Of a DNA stretch of 64,000 nt, positions 9,777 through 18,617 are shown piece after piece. The notes under the pieces were generated by a model, which saw only the letters and a program-made list of their open reading frames with translations, did not search any database and had not been told where the DNA came from. The stretch comes from Gemmatimonadota bacterium. GTDB lineage: Bacteria > Gemmatimonadota > Gemmatimonadetes > Palauibacterales > Palauibacteraceae. The translations under genes and the position numbers were made by a program. Position 1 is the first letter of the stretch. The number at the start of each line of letters is the position of its first letter. The stretch covers positions 2,304,001 to 2,368,000 of the forward strand of contig OY762926.1 of the NCBI GenBank assembly GCA_963666735.1, read 5' to 3'.

Positions 9777-11083
9777 CGGATCCCCTCCGTTTGGCCCCCC
9801 AACAGGGCTTCGATCTCCGCGACGGCCGTGTGGTAGGCGGCGGTCAGGCGCACGCGTTCGATCTCGTATCGGTTCACGGTGAGTTCGCTCTGCACGAGCG
9901 TCATGAAATCCACCCGACCCACGCGGTAGGCGGAAAGCGACGATTCCACCGCGGCCCGCGCCTGGGGGAGGATCGACGTCACATAGAGGTCGTGGAGCCG
10001 CAGGGCGCGGTCGGACTCGGCCCGCGCCTCCGCGATCCGGGCCCAGGTCTCGTTCAGGAGTTCGAGTTCGGCGGCCTCCTCGGCGGCCTGCCGGGCGAAC
10101 GCTTCATCCCGCATCGGCAACTGGCGGGAACCCGCCCACAGCGGGATGCTGACACCCACGCTGAAGCTCAGCATGTCCGGGAACAGGGGCCGGTGCGCGT
10201 AGTCGGCCCCAAGCCTCAGATCCGGGTAGAGGCCGCGGCGCGCGGCCTCGTAGGCCGACTCCGCAGCCCGAATCCGTTCGCGCGCGGCGCGCAGCGCGGG
10301 CCGTCTCTCCGCGGCGCGCGCCATGAGGTCCGTGACGCGGGGCAGCGGCTCGCCGGGTCCGGGCAGCTCGAGCGCCCCCACGTTTCGTTCGGGCTCGCGC
10401 CCCAGGAGCGCGTTCAGCCTCGCCGCCATGGCGAGCCGGGTCTGCTCGGCCGCCGTGATGTCCTCCGTCATCGTGGCGACAGCCACCTGGGCCTGGAGGA
10501 CATCGTTCTGAAGGCCTGTCCCCACGGCGTAGAGCGTGTTGGAGACATCGAGGAACTCGCGCAGGAGGTCGCGGGTGGCGCGCATGATGTCCAGCGCCCG
10601 GTCCTCGAAGGCGATCTCCAAGTACACCGCCTTCACGCGCCGGACGAGGGCGGCCTCGGCGTCAAGGACCGCCAGTTCCTCGGCGACCGCAAGGTGCGCC
10701 GCGCGCGCCTCCGCGAACCCGAGCTTCCCCGGCCAGGGGAGCACCTGCTGAAGCTGGAACGTGTTCATCGTCATTCGCTCGCCCGCTCCAAACCCGTCGA
10801 GGGGACGGTTTCCGAGCCGGAACGAGACGACCGGATCCGGCGGGGCGCCCATTTGCGGCACGCGGGCCCGGGCGGCGTCGGCCCGCAGGCGGGCGACCCG
10901 CAGCATCGGGTTGGCGCCGCGCGCCACGGCGACCGCGTCGGCTAGGAGGAGCGTGTCGCGCTCCTGCGCCCTGCACGGGAACGCCATGGCCCCGACGGCC
11001 ACCACGGCCCACGTGACGAGCCGGATGCCCGGGCGGATCCCCTCCCTTACGCGGACCCCGCCGGCATGGTATGCGGCTGGCAT
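9773..11083 (-). CDS. TolC-family outer membrane efflux protein (start uncertain)
   Basis: Helical OEP pattern (PWPGKL, VSIPLW, YRVGRVDF); upstream of cusBA with 4-bp overlap. Confidence 0.88.
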   Translation of the reverse strand: MPAAYHAGGVRVREGIRPGIRLVTWAVVAVGAMAFPCRAQERDTLLLADAVAVARGANPMLRVARLRADAARARVPQMGAPPDPVVSFRLGNRPLDGFGAGERMTMNTFQLQQVLPWPGKLGFAEARAAHLAVAEELAVLDAEAALVRRVKAVYLEIAFEDRALDIMRATRDLLREFLDVSNTLYAVGTGLQNDVLQAQVAVATMTEDITAAEQTRLAMAARLNALLGREPERNVGALELPGPGEPLPRVTDLMARAAERRPALRAARERIRAAESAYEAARRGLYPDLRLGADYAHRPLFPDMLSFSVGVSIPLWAGSRQLPMRDEAFARQAAEEAAELELLNETWARIAEARAESDRALRLHDLYVTSILPQARAAVESSLSAYRVGRVDFMTLVQSELTVNRYEIERVRLTAAYHTAVAEIEALLGGQTEGIR

Positions 11084-11170
11084 GAGATGCCTCTCATCTG
11101 AACGGTGACAACTCGCCCGCGGATCGCCGTCGTCAGGGGGCGACCGGGGCGCTCGTGCGGATGTGTCCGT

Positions 11171-11500
11171 TCAGGCGGCTTTCGGAGGGGGCGTGTCCGG
11201 AGAGGCTCTGGATCGGAGTTGCGTCCCGGCGCCGACCGGGGTGGCGTCGGAGTCGTCGGCCGGAGAGCGGAAGCCGGCGGTGGCCGCCGGGAGCGAGGCC
11301 TGCAGCACGACGGCGCAACCCATCAGCGAGTGACAGTCGGTTCCCGCGTCCGCGCCCTCCGGCGGGGGCTCGACCAGAGCCCGCATGCCCGCCATCGGGT
11401 GGTGGTCCCCGTGCTCGTGCGACCCCGCCTCGCACAGCGGGGCGCGCAGGTACGGAAGCACCAGCGTGACCAGAAGCAGGGAAATGGCGAACCGTCGCAT
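11171..11500 (-). CDS. Small exported His/Cys protein with C-terminal polyproline (putative metal-sensing leader)
   Basis: Signal-like N-terminus, HEHGDHH, CHSLMGC, ends DTPPPKAA; directly upstream of the efflux operon. Confidence 0.6.
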   Translation of the reverse strand: MRRFAISLLLVTLVLPYLRAPLCEAGSHEHGDHHPMAGMRALVEPPPEGADAGTDCHSLMGCAVVLQASLPAATAGFRSPADDSDATPVGAGTQLRSRASPDTPPPKAA

Positions 11501-11574
11501 GATTCCAGTCTACACCGCCCCATCCGGCGTGTCGATGCGGGGGAACGTCCTCCTCAGCCGGAACCGGCGGTGGT

Positions 11575-12780
11575 TCAAGCCGTCACCATCAGCGCGGTTC
11601 CGTACATGACCAGCAGGCCGAGGAGGAGGCCCGTGGCGTTCAGAGGGGTGAACAGGCCCTGCGGCCAGCTCTTCCGGATCAGCCGCGTGACTTCGACGAT
11701 CACCTGGAGGATGGCCCCCGCGCCGAGCGCGAGAAAGAAGGTCGCCAGCGTCGGCGAGTAGGAGAATCCGCCGGCCCACGCCCCGAGGACGGTCGGCAGT
11801 CCCGCGATCCCGCCCATGAACGCGAAGTGCCGAAGCGCCGGCCGCTTGCTCGCCACGGGCGCGACGATGGCCAGCCCCTCCGTCGTGTTGTGGAGCGCGA
11901 ATCCGATCACGAGGAAGCTCCCGAGCGCGATCTCTCCCAGCGAGAAGGCCGCCCCGATGGCCAGCCCCTCGCCGAGGTTGTGCAGTCCGATGCCGATCGC
12001 GATCAGGTAGGCCACCGTGAGCCCGGGACTCGCCCCGCTCCCGCCGCCCCTGCCGCGCCCGAGGTTCCCCAGGGCTCGCAGGCCGACGATGGCGCCGATC
12101 ACGCCGACGGCGATGAGCCCGGCCGCCTGGAACCCCTCCGGCACGAGCGCCGATGCCTCGAGCGTGTCCTCGAACGCGTCCACGACGAGGAACGCCAGCA
12201 GGCCCACGGTGAGGCTGAGGTAGAAGTGGATCCACTTGCGGTCGATCCGCCGCAGAAAGGGATACCACAGCAGGCCCACGAGGACGGGGATGACACCCGC
12301 GTAGAGGCCGAGCAGTCCGAAGGTCGTCAGGTACAGGGCGTTGGGCCTCGGGGAGATCGTCGCAACGGCCACCTCGCGGTCGAAGGTGAGGCCGGTGGAG
12401 GTCACCAGCCGAATCACGTGGAGTTCCCCTTCCACCCAGGGATAGTCCAGCTCGAGCGTGGTCCGGGCGAGGCGCGGAAGGGTCGGTTCCCCATCGATCT
12501 CGAACCGCCAGAAGGCGTCGTCCACGATCACCTGCGCGATGGTGGACGCCTCGGGGCCCCCGTTCACGACGTGCACGCGCATGACGCCGCTCTCCGGGAA
12601 GCTCACGCGCTCGATCGTGAGGTCCTCGACCGGTGGGAACGCGTCGCGGAAGGGAGCCGTGGGATCGGCGCCGAAGAAGAAGACGACCAGTCCCGCCAGG
12701 AGCGCGAGCGGGAAGAGGCCCAGGATCCAGCGCGCCGGTCCGCGCCCGGGCCGAGCGGCGTTGGACCGCTCCTCAGACAT
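11575..12780 (-). CDS. ZIP-family metal permease with an N-terminal extracytoplasmic domain
   Basis: GLHNLGEGLAIG and ALHNTTEG ZIP motifs; multiple TM segments; overlaps the upstream oxidase gene. Confidence 0.88.
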   Translation of the reverse strand: MSEERSNAARPGRGPARWILGLFPLALLAGLVVFFFGADPTAPFRDAFPPVEDLTIERVSFPESGVMRVHVVNGGPEASTIAQVIVDDAFWRFEIDGEPTLPRLARTTLELDYPWVEGELHVIRLVTSTGLTFDREVAVATISPRPNALYLTTFGLLGLYAGVIPVLVGLLWYPFLRRIDRKWIHFYLSLTVGLLAFLVVDAFEDTLEASALVPEGFQAAGLIAVGVIGAIVGLRALGNLGRGRGGGSGASPGLTVAYLIAIGIGLHNLGEGLAIGAAFSLGEIALGSFLVIGFALHNTTEGLAIVAPVASKRPALRHFAFMGGIAGLPTVLGAWAGGFSYSPTLATFFLALGAGAILQVIVEVTRLIRKSWPQGLFTPLNATGLLLGLLVMYGTALMVTA

Positions 12781-13882
12781 GCCCGCGCACGGGCACGCCA
12801 TCGTCTGCGGCGAGCCGCTCGACCGCCTCGAAGAAGCCCATCCACCCCAGTTCGGCGAACTCGCTCTGGTGCGCGTGGAACATGTGCATGCCGGGGTTCT
12901 CGAGCCGGAACTCGATCACGTGCCGCTCGCCCTGGCACATCATGATCGTGTCCGTGAGTTCGTACTGCTCCGGCCGCGTGCCGGTCCGGAAGACCTTGAA
13001 CATGCCCGCATGCAGGTGGAACGAGTTGATGAGGTCGAACTCGGTCGTGTTGACGAGGTAGATGCGGCACAGGTCGTTCACCCCGACGCGCACCGGATGT
13101 TGGTGGTAGTAGAACGCCGAAGTATTGACCGCGTACACCTCGTTGTCCCCGTCCAGGTTGCTGTCGAACGCGTTCATCACCATGACCATCTCCCGCGCGG
13201 GTTCCCGGCCCTCGGGCGGATCCACGATGAACGTCCCGTACAGACCCTTATGGATGTGCCGCTTGAGCGGCATGGTGTGGCAGTGGTACAGGTGGAGCCC
13301 GAACGGCTTCGCCTCGAACTCGTAGGTGAAGCGCTGCCCCGGTTCCACTATGGGCTCGAAACCGTCCATCTCCGGCGGGTGCGTGCCATGGAAGTGGATG
13401 GTGTGGGGGTGGGAGCCCGCGTTGACGAACTCGACCCGGAGGATGTCCCCCTCGGTGCAGCGCAGGGTGGGACCCGGCACCTGCCCGTTGTAGGTCCACG
13501 CCGGGAAGAAGATGCCGGGCGCGATCTCGATGTCGCGGTCGAGCGCCACCACCTCCCAGCGCCGCACGACGCGCCCGTCCTCGCGCGTCGCGACCTCGCC
13601 GTAATCGAAATCGGCGATGAAGGCCGCGGGGTCGAACACGCCATCGGGCCCGGGCATGCCGACAACCCCCATCGCCTCCTGGTGCCCCCCGTGCGGGCCC
13701 GCCGCAGCGGCATCCTCTCCGGGCTCGCGTCCGGGCTCACGCGACATGGCGCCGCTGGCCGCCAGGGCGTGTCGCGCGCCGCCCCGGGATGCCAGGTCCA
13801 GCACCGTCGCCCCCGAAACACCGGCAACCCCCGCGGCGCCGAGCTTCAACCAGTCGCGCCGACTCAATTTCTCCGGCTTCAC
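12773..13882 (-). CDS. Tat-exported two-domain multicopper oxidase
   Basis: SRRDWLK Tat motif; HTIHFH, YHCH..HIHKGL, FHLH, FHAH. Confidence 0.88.
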   Translation of the reverse strand: MKPEKLSRRDWLKLGAAGVAGVSGATVLDLASRGGARHALAASGAMSREPGREPGEDAAAAGPHGGHQEAMGVVGMPGPDGVFDPAAFIADFDYGEVATREDGRVVRRWEVVALDRDIEIAPGIFFPAWTYNGQVPGPTLRCTEGDILRVEFVNAGSHPHTIHFHGTHPPEMDGFEPIVEPGQRFTYEFEAKPFGLHLYHCHTMPLKRHIHKGLYGTFIVDPPEGREPAREMVMVMNAFDSNLDGDNEVYAVNTSAFYYHQHPVRVGVNDLCRIYLVNTTEFDLINSFHLHAGMFKVFRTGTRPEQYELTDTIMMCQGERHVIEFRLENPGMHMFHAHQSEFAELGWMGFFEAVERLAADDGVPVRGHV

Positions 13883-13931
13883 TTGCCCTCCGGATTTCCC
13901 GCGAACACCCGCGCGGGCCGTGGCCCGCAGC

Positions 13932-13957
13932 CGATTTTTAGTCTAGGCTAAAAATCG
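13932..13957. promoter_or_regulatory. 26-bp palindromic operator, DtxR/MntR-like
   Basis: CGATTTTTAGTCTAGGCTAAAAATCG has one mismatched pair; AT-rich in a GC-rich background; 50 bp upstream of the oxidase-ZIP operon. Confidence 0.75.
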
Positions 13958-13965
13958 TTTTCCCG

Positions 13966-13994
13966 AAGATGCACGACTCCCCGAGCGGCGTCAA
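13966..13994 (-). promoter_or_regulatory. Candidate sigma70 promoter for the oxidase-ZIP operon
   Basis: Minus strand TTGACG-N17-CATCTT immediately upstream of the operator. Confidence 0.5.
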
Positions 13995-14039
13995 CAAGCG
14001 CCTGTCAGTCCGCGGTGAGCCGGGCCAGGGTGAGGCGGG

Positions 14040-15122
14040 TCAATCCGTGGCGGGCTGGCTCTCGAGGGTCATCGCTTCCACCGCGCGGAGGACGCGGGTG
14101 CGGGCGGCCTCCCGGGCCCGGTCGAGTTCGGCGCCGGCCTCCGCCTTCGCCCGGGCGACGCGCGCGAACTTGCCGGGCCGGACGCGATCCAGCCGTGCAC
14201 GGGCCCTGGCGGCGACGCGGTCGAGGCGTACGAGGTCCCGTTCCTGGCGCGCGCGTTCGATGCGCCGCAGGCCGGTCTCCCGGGTCCGCTGGATGCGCGA
14301 CAGAGCCCGGTCCAGGCGCCGGTTCACACGGTCCGCCGAGTCGCGGTAGAACCTTGCCGCGAATTCCCGGGGAGTCGCCGTGCGCGCATAAAGCACATTG
14401 GCGAGTCGCAGGAGACTCAGGACCCGGATGTAGAACCACCCGATGTCGAACTCCCACCAGTGCGCCTTGAACTTCGCCGAGCGCGGGTCCGCGTGATGGT
14501 TGTTGTGGAGTTCCTCGCCGAGGATCCAGATACCCCAGGGATAGAGATTGTGGCTGTCGTCGCGGGTGCCGAAGGTCCGGTAGCCGAGCGCGTGTCCGAG
14601 ACCGTTGATGATGTTCCCCGTGAGCGGCATCCAGAACACCATGCACGTCCAGACGATGAGCCCCGGGATGAGCCCGAACAGGAACAGGTCGAGGACGAGC
14701 ATGAACCGGATTCCAAGACCGCGGCGCTTCGCATAGACGTTGCGCTCGACCCAATCGTCGGGGGTCCCCTTCCCGTACTTCTCGAGGAGCGTGTGGTCCT
14801 TCGAGGCCTTCCGGTAGAAGAAGAGTCCGCCGAAGGCGATGTTCGCGAGTCCCTCGAGCGTGGGCGAATGGGGATCGCCCTCACGGTCGGCGTAGGCGTG
14901 GTGCTTGCGGTGGATCGCAACCCACTCCTTCGTCACGATCCCGGTCGTGAGCCAGCACCAGAAACGCATCGCGTGCTCGACCACCGGGTGGAACACGACT
15001 CCCCCATGCGTCGCCGAGCGATGCAGGTAGAGGGTGTTGACCATGTTCGTGAGGTGGCCGGCGACGAGGATCCACACGAGGGCGATCCACCACGGTTCTC
15101 CCAGGATCGCGTAACCTGGCAT
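14040..15122 (-). CDS. Membrane fatty-acid (acyl-CoA delta-9-like) desaturase with an Arg/Ala-rich C-terminal extension
   Basis: His boxes HRSATH, HRKHH, HNNHH; WWEFDIGW. Confidence 0.9.
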   Translation of the reverse strand: MPGYAILGEPWWIALVWILVAGHLTNMVNTLYLHRSATHGGVVFHPVVEHAMRFWCWLTTGIVTKEWVAIHRKHHAYADREGDPHSPTLEGLANIAFGGLFFYRKASKDHTLLEKYGKGTPDDWVERNVYAKRRGLGIRFMLVLDLFLFGLIPGLIVWTCMVFWMPLTGNIINGLGHALGYRTFGTRDDSHNLYPWGIWILGEELHNNHHADPRSAKFKAHWWEFDIGWFYIRVLSLLRLANVLYARTATPREFAARFYRDSADRVNRRLDRALSRIQRTRETGLRRIERARQERDLVRLDRVAARARARLDRVRPGKFARVARAKAEAGAELDRAREAARTRVLRAVEAMTLESQPATD

Positions 15123-15168
15123 TCGTTTTTCTCCTCATCTCTCTGCGTTTCGCTGCGGACCAACCAAC

Positions 15169-16236
15169 CTAACTCTGGAGCACGTCGAGCGCCCATCGGG
15201 CGTGTTCCCGGACGAGCGGGGACGGATCCTTCGCGAGGCGCTGCAGGACGGGGCGCGCCGCGGATCCGCCCGCGTTGCCGAGGCCGACCGCCAGATTCCG
15301 GAGTAGCCCGTCGCGCCCGGGGCGGCTGAACGCCGTCCCCCGGTAGCGGGCCCGGAACTCGTCGGCGTCGAGGGCGGCGAGTTCCTCCGCCCAGGCCACC
15401 ATGTCCTCCGGCGGCACCGGTTGGCCGGGCCGAGGCGCGAACGGCGCCTCTGCCCGGACGGGCGCGTCCGAGTTCCAGGGACACACCTCCTGACAGATGT
15501 CGCACCCGAACACCCGGTTTCCGATCGCGCGGCGCAAGGCTTCGGGGATGGACCCCCGCAGTTCGATCGTGAGATAGGAGATGCAGAGGCGGGCATCGAG
15601 GAGGCGGCCTTCGAGAATCGCATCCGTCGGGCAGGCGTCGATGCAGCGCCGACAGGTTCCGCAGCGGTCGTGGACGAAGGGTGGATCGGGTTCGATCTCG
15701 AGATCCGTGAGCAGTTCGCCCAGCATGAAGTAGGATCCGAAGTCGGGGTGGAGGAGCATCGTGTTCCTGCCGATCCAGCCCAGGCCCGCCCTCTGGGCGT
15801 GGTCCCGCTCGAGGACGGGGCCGTAGTCCACGTAGCGCTTCGTGCGGGCGCCGGGCGAGAGATCCTCGATGGCGGCGGAGAGCGCGTCGAGCCGCTCCTC
15901 GAACACGTCGTGGTAGTCGCGACCCCGCGCGTAGCGGGCGATCACGGGCAGCCGGCGATCAGCGCTCGGCGCCGTCGCGCTGGCAGGCTTCGAGCCTGCA
16001 GGTTCCGATCCGTACAGCAGGCTGACGACGATCAACGTCCGGCAACCGGGGAGGGCCTCCCGCGGGTCGAGGCGGCGGCGAACGGCGTCCTCGCGCGCCA
16101 TGTAGGCCATATCGCCATGGTAGCCGTTCGCGAGCCAGTCCTCGTATGCCTCCGCGTGCGTCGGGGGCGCCGCCGGAGCGAACCCCACCTGATCGAACCC
16201 GGCAGCCCGCGCCGCCGCCCGAATCTTCCGTTTCAC
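15169..16236 (-). CDS. queG: Epoxyqueuosine reductase
   Basis: YARGRDYH, ERDHAQRAGLGWIGRN, CGTCRRCIDACPT, GCDICQEVCPWN; GTG start overlapping nth stop. Confidence 0.95.
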   Translation of the reverse strand: MKRKIRAAARAAGFDQVGFAPAAPPTHAEAYEDWLANGYHGDMAYMAREDAVRRRLDPREALPGCRTLIVVSLLYGSEPAGSKPASATAPSADRRLPVIARYARGRDYHDVFEERLDALSAAIEDLSPGARTKRYVDYGPVLERDHAQRAGLGWIGRNTMLLHPDFGSYFMLGELLTDLEIEPDPPFVHDRCGTCRRCIDACPTDAILEGRLLDARLCISYLTIELRGSIPEALRRAIGNRVFGCDICQEVCPWNSDAPVRAEAPFAPRPGQPVPPEDMVAWAEELAALDADEFRARYRGTAFSRPGRDGLLRNLAVGLGNAGGSAARPVLQRLAKDPSPLVREHARWALDVLQS

Positions 16237-16895
16237 CCGAACTTTCCGGCGCTCACGCACAGATCGGCAACCGGGCACTCGGCGCAACGCGGTTTCCGCG
16301 CGTGGCAGACCGTGCGGCCATGGAGGATCGACCGCCACGCGAACGGGTGCCATTCCTCGCGCGGCAGCACCCTCATGAGATCCTGCTCCACTCTCGGGGG
16401 ATCGACCTCGTTCGTGAGGCCGAGGCGGTGCGTGACACGCTTCACGTGCGTGTCCACGACGACGCCCTCGTGAAGTCCGAACGCGTTGGAGAGCAAGACG
16501 TTCGCGGTCTTCCGGGCGACGCCGGGGAGCGTGAGCAGATCCTCCATCGTCCCCGGGACCTCCCCGTCGTACGCGTCGACGAGACGGCGGCCCAGCCCCT
16601 TCAGGTGGCGCGCCTTGTTGTTGAAGAATCCGGTCGGGCGCACGGCCTCCCGCAACTCCTCCAGCGGCGCGTCGGCGTACGCGCGGGCGTCGGGATAGGC
16701 CGGGAAGAGGGTGCGCGTGACCCGGTTCACGCGCTCGTCGGTGCACTGCGCCGAGAGCACCGTCGCGACGATCAGCTGGAGCGGCGTCTCCCAGTCCAGC
16801 GAGACGGTGAGGTCCGGATAGAGGGAGGCAAATCGCGGGGACAGCGCCGCGGCCAGTTCGGAACGGGCCTTCCAGGAACGAGGCCGCCGCACCAC
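16233..16895 (-). CDS. nth: Endonuclease III
   Basis: LSAQCTDERVN, HhH LPGVARKTANV, VVDTHV, C-x6-C-x2-C-x5-C. Confidence 0.96.
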   Translation of the reverse strand: MVRRPRSWKARSELAAALSPRFASLYPDLTVSLDWETPLQLIVATVLSAQCTDERVNRVTRTLFPAYPDARAYADAPLEELREAVRPTGFFNNKARHLKGLGRRLVDAYDGEVPGTMEDLLTLPGVARKTANVLLSNAFGLHEGVVVDTHVKRVTHRLGLTNEVDPPRVEQDLMRVLPREEWHPFAWRSILHGRTVCHARKPRCAECPVADLCVSAGKFG

Positions 16896-16896
16896 G

Positions 16897-18051
16897 TCAG
16901 GCGCTCTTCGCGGGGGCCGGGCCGACGAGACCCATCCGCTGCAGCCGCTGCACTCTCGCGCCGACCTCCCGCGGGTCGAGCACGCCGACGACGAACCCGT
17001 TCTCGATCACGATCAGGTACGATACCTGGATTCGAATTCGGAACAGGGCGTCCGCCAGAGATTCGTCCGGACGAGCCGAAGGGAACTCCTCGGCGGGTCG
17101 CGTGACCGCCGATACGGGCGTGGTCGCGCGAGCCTCCTCCGGCACCGCCGAGACGGCCCGCGCTTCGACGACCCCGACCAGGTCGCCGTCTCGTCCTACC
17201 GGGTACGCCTCCTCCCGTCCGCGCAGGAAGTAGTCGGATATGGCCCGCTCGACGGGCATCGCCGCCTCGATCATGCGGGGTCGGGGGTTCATCACCGTCG
17301 CGACCGGGATCCGGCGCAGGATCGTGCGGAGTTCGAAGTGCCGCAGGCTCGATGAGGCCGCCTTGACGACGAACCAGCCGATGAAGGCCGCCCACACGCC
17401 GGAGATGAACTGCCCCCGGCTCAGGTTGAAGAGCCCGAGGACGATGAGCGCGCCGCCGAACAGTCGTCCCCCCTGCGTGGCCCACCGGGTGGCCTTGACG
17501 AGATCTCCGGTGGCGGCCCACACGATGGAGCGGAAGATCCGGCCCCCGTCGAGCGGAAAGCCGGGGATCATGTTGAAGACGGCGAGCACGAAGTTGAGGA
17601 GCGCCAGGAACCCGAGCACCGTGACCACCGGCTCCGGGGCGGCCCAGGCTTCCGCCGCCACCCGCGCGCCGTGGAACGCACCGGCCAGGACGACGCTCGC
17701 GAGGGGACCCGCCGCGGTGAGCAGGAACTCGTCCAGCGGGCGCCGAGGCTCGTCGCGCGCCTGCGCGATGCCGCCGAAGATGAAGAGCGTGATGTGCTCG
17801 ACTTCCACGCCCCGCGCCCGGCCCGCCAGGGCGTGACCGAGTTCGTGCAGGAGCACCGAGAGGAAGAAGAGGAGCGCCGCCGCCGTCCCCATCGCGAGGT
17901 ACGTGGATGATGGATAGAAGGGCAGCGCCCGCGGGAATTCGCGCGTGGTGAAGGTCCAGATCACCAGCGCCGCGATCGGGAACCACGAGTAGTCGATCCG
18001 GATGGGGAAGCCAAACCAGCGTCCGATCCGGAAGCTGCCGAACAACGGCAC
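16897..18051 (-). CDS. Site-2 protease (M50) with CBS domains
   Basis: HELGH, FNMIPGFPLDGGR; C-terminal CBS-like pair. Confidence 0.92.
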   Translation of the reverse strand: MPLFGSFRIGRWFGFPIRIDYSWFPIAALVIWTFTTREFPRALPFYPSSTYLAMGTAAALLFFLSVLLHELGHALAGRARGVEVEHITLFIFGGIAQARDEPRRPLDEFLLTAAGPLASVVLAGAFHGARVAAEAWAAPEPVVTVLGFLALLNFVLAVFNMIPGFPLDGGRIFRSIVWAATGDLVKATRWATQGGRLFGGALIVLGLFNLSRGQFISGVWAAFIGWFVVKAASSSLRHFELRTILRRIPVATVMNPRPRMIEAAMPVERAISDYFLRGREEAYPVGRDGDLVGVVEARAVSAVPEEARATTPVSAVTRPAEEFPSARPDESLADALFRIRIQVSYLIVIENGFVVGVLDPREVGARVQRLQRMGLVGPAPAKSA

Positions 18052-18176
18052 CGGCTAAAGGCCTTTCGCCGGAGTGGGGCGCACCCGGCGGGAGAGTTCC
18101 GCCAACCGACGACATCGGCGCCAGCCGGTAGCCGGCGAAGAGATGTCGCGGTCCCGACGCTCCAACACCCGGGTTG

Positions 18177-18602
18177 TCAGTGCATCTCGGGCGGGAGTGG
18201 TGACCCTTCCTTCGCCCACTCTTCGATCTCGTCAAGGCCGGCGCGACGCGCCAGGACGCGTTGATCTTCGATGCCCCACTCTCCGTCTCGCTTGACCGTG
18301 CGTTCGACGACGATCACCTGCGGTGTCGCCGCCGCTCCCGGCATGTCTCCGTAAATGTAGTCCAATACGCCCATGTTGAGCCAACCCCGTCCCGTCGTCA
18401 CTTCGTCGAACGCGCCAAATTTCTCCAAATGCTCAAGACCGTGCCGTACCACCAAGTCCCGAGCGACTCCCGAGGTGGCAAAGCCGACCGATCGCTCTTC
18501 GCTGCTCCCAGCACATCTCTCCTGATCTGGCCCTAAGATACAGCCGCATGCCAGTGATGCGACGACAGTTATCGTTCGCGATGAGCCAATGAGCTTCTTC
18601 AT
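18177..18602 (-). CDS. Hypothetical protein downstream of a beta-propeller gene
   Basis: AGGAGG RBS; 141-aa ORF in an AT-richer segment. Confidence 0.55.
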   Translation of the reverse strand: MKKLIGSSRTITVVASLACGCILGPDQERCAGSSEERSVGFATSGVARDLVVRHGLEHLEKFGAFDEVTTGRGWLNMGVLDYIYGDMPGAAATPQVIVVERTVKRDGEWGIEDQRVLARRAGLDEIEEWAKEGSPLPPEMH

Positions 18603-18617
18603 GAACCACGCTCCCTC

